From NCBI GenBank assembly GCA_000320545.1, contig ADNK01001818.1:1-35200 (forward strand): a stretch of DNA of 35,200 nucleotides, in the 5' to 3' direction. This document shows positions 34,466 to 35,200 of this stretch, one piece after another; positions within the stretch are counted from its first letter, which is position 1; the number at the start of each line of letters is the position of its first letter. This stretch comes from Bigelowiella natans CCMP2755. Its lineage: Eukaryota > Protista > Cercozoa. The notes under the pieces are model-generated. The model saw only the letters and a list, made by a program, of their open reading frames with translations, was not told the origin of the DNA and made no database searches. The translations under genes were made by a program, and so were the position numbers.

Positions 34466-35200
34466 CAAAACTGGATTGCGTGCAGCATGCACATCAAATC
34501 GTTGCCATTTTTGTTTCTTGATGAGAATTGGTTTCAACGGGTCAACATGCACTGAAGTTGTGCGGTTACACACCTTGATTGTTCCTACTGCATTGATTTG
34601 CTACGGGCGCGACTTGCGAACACTGATTGAACGATGCAATGCGGTGGGCTGCATGGAACACTCTGTCAGCAGCCTGTGCCTTCTAGCCTTGTCAACTGCG
34701 TTGCAGGAAGCCGGGACAGGGACATGTTCAGAGTCGATGATGACGATGATCCCACAACTGTCATGTGTTGCTCGATTGTTGGAATTTGGCAATTGAGCAT
34801 TGTCGTTCAACAATCAATCATCACAATGCCATGCCATTTTCACCCACATGGCCAACAGTGTGCAAATCGCACTTGGCAAATTGATCACGCATGTGCATGT
34901 GTCCCGCCATGCGAGTCTCTGCGGCTTGTTCGATTCTTCACTTCACGATTTGTGTGTGCACACGCACACACGTGCGTGTGCATGAGAGTTGTTTGTGTGA
35001 ACAATGACAAGTGTGCAATCGATGATCGTCCACCAAAGACAAGACACACTGTGACTTGTCACCACTCAGCAAAGTGTTTTCTCGCTGGTGCATGCACGCA
35101 CACGCTGGATGCGTCTGCAGCTCTGTCACTAGTTTGTCACAAGCCAGTCGCTTGGCACCACTGCCCATTTGTTCATTCAAGTTTCAAAACATCAATCCGC
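34466..35200. repeat. Degenerate TpA-depleted repeat (inverted relative of the copies flanking the LTR element)
   Basis: Only 5 TA in ~735 bp and none in 34686..35129. The reverse strand of ~35030..35152 aligns by eye to 607..660 and 6547..6636. Confidence 0.65.

Overview
Eukaryotic nuclear DNA, rich in short introns and microsatellites, probably from a protist (a chlorarachniophyte-like host is a guess only). In order, the window holds: (1) the 3' end of an LSU (28S) rRNA gene; (2) a complete, very young 5.7-kb Ty3/Gypsy LTR retrotransposon on the minus strand (711..6425), with LTRs identical except for a 1-bp G-run indel, a 4-bp TSD (TGTG), a PBS, a PPT and a single 1657-aa Gag-PR-RT-RH-IN ORF; (3) six spliced host genes: NAP1-like histone chaperone, L-rhamnose mutarotase-like, RUN-domain protein, NHL-repeat protein, PKR1-like protein and a 3xPH + EDR2-C/DUF1336 protein. 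Two signals stand out. First, the retrotransposon polyprotein ends in an extra ~130-aa domain resembling the Dam-type N6-adenine methyltransferase domain of DIRS elements, with a degenerate catalytic motif. Second, the host repeat DNA it inserted into, and a related inverted copy at the far end of the window, are essentially free of the dinucleotide TpA while keeping CpG. That pattern suggests a repeat-targeted TpA->TpG/CpA (A-to-G) mutation process, opposite in direction to fungal RIP. Gene models were spliced by eye, so several termini are approximate.
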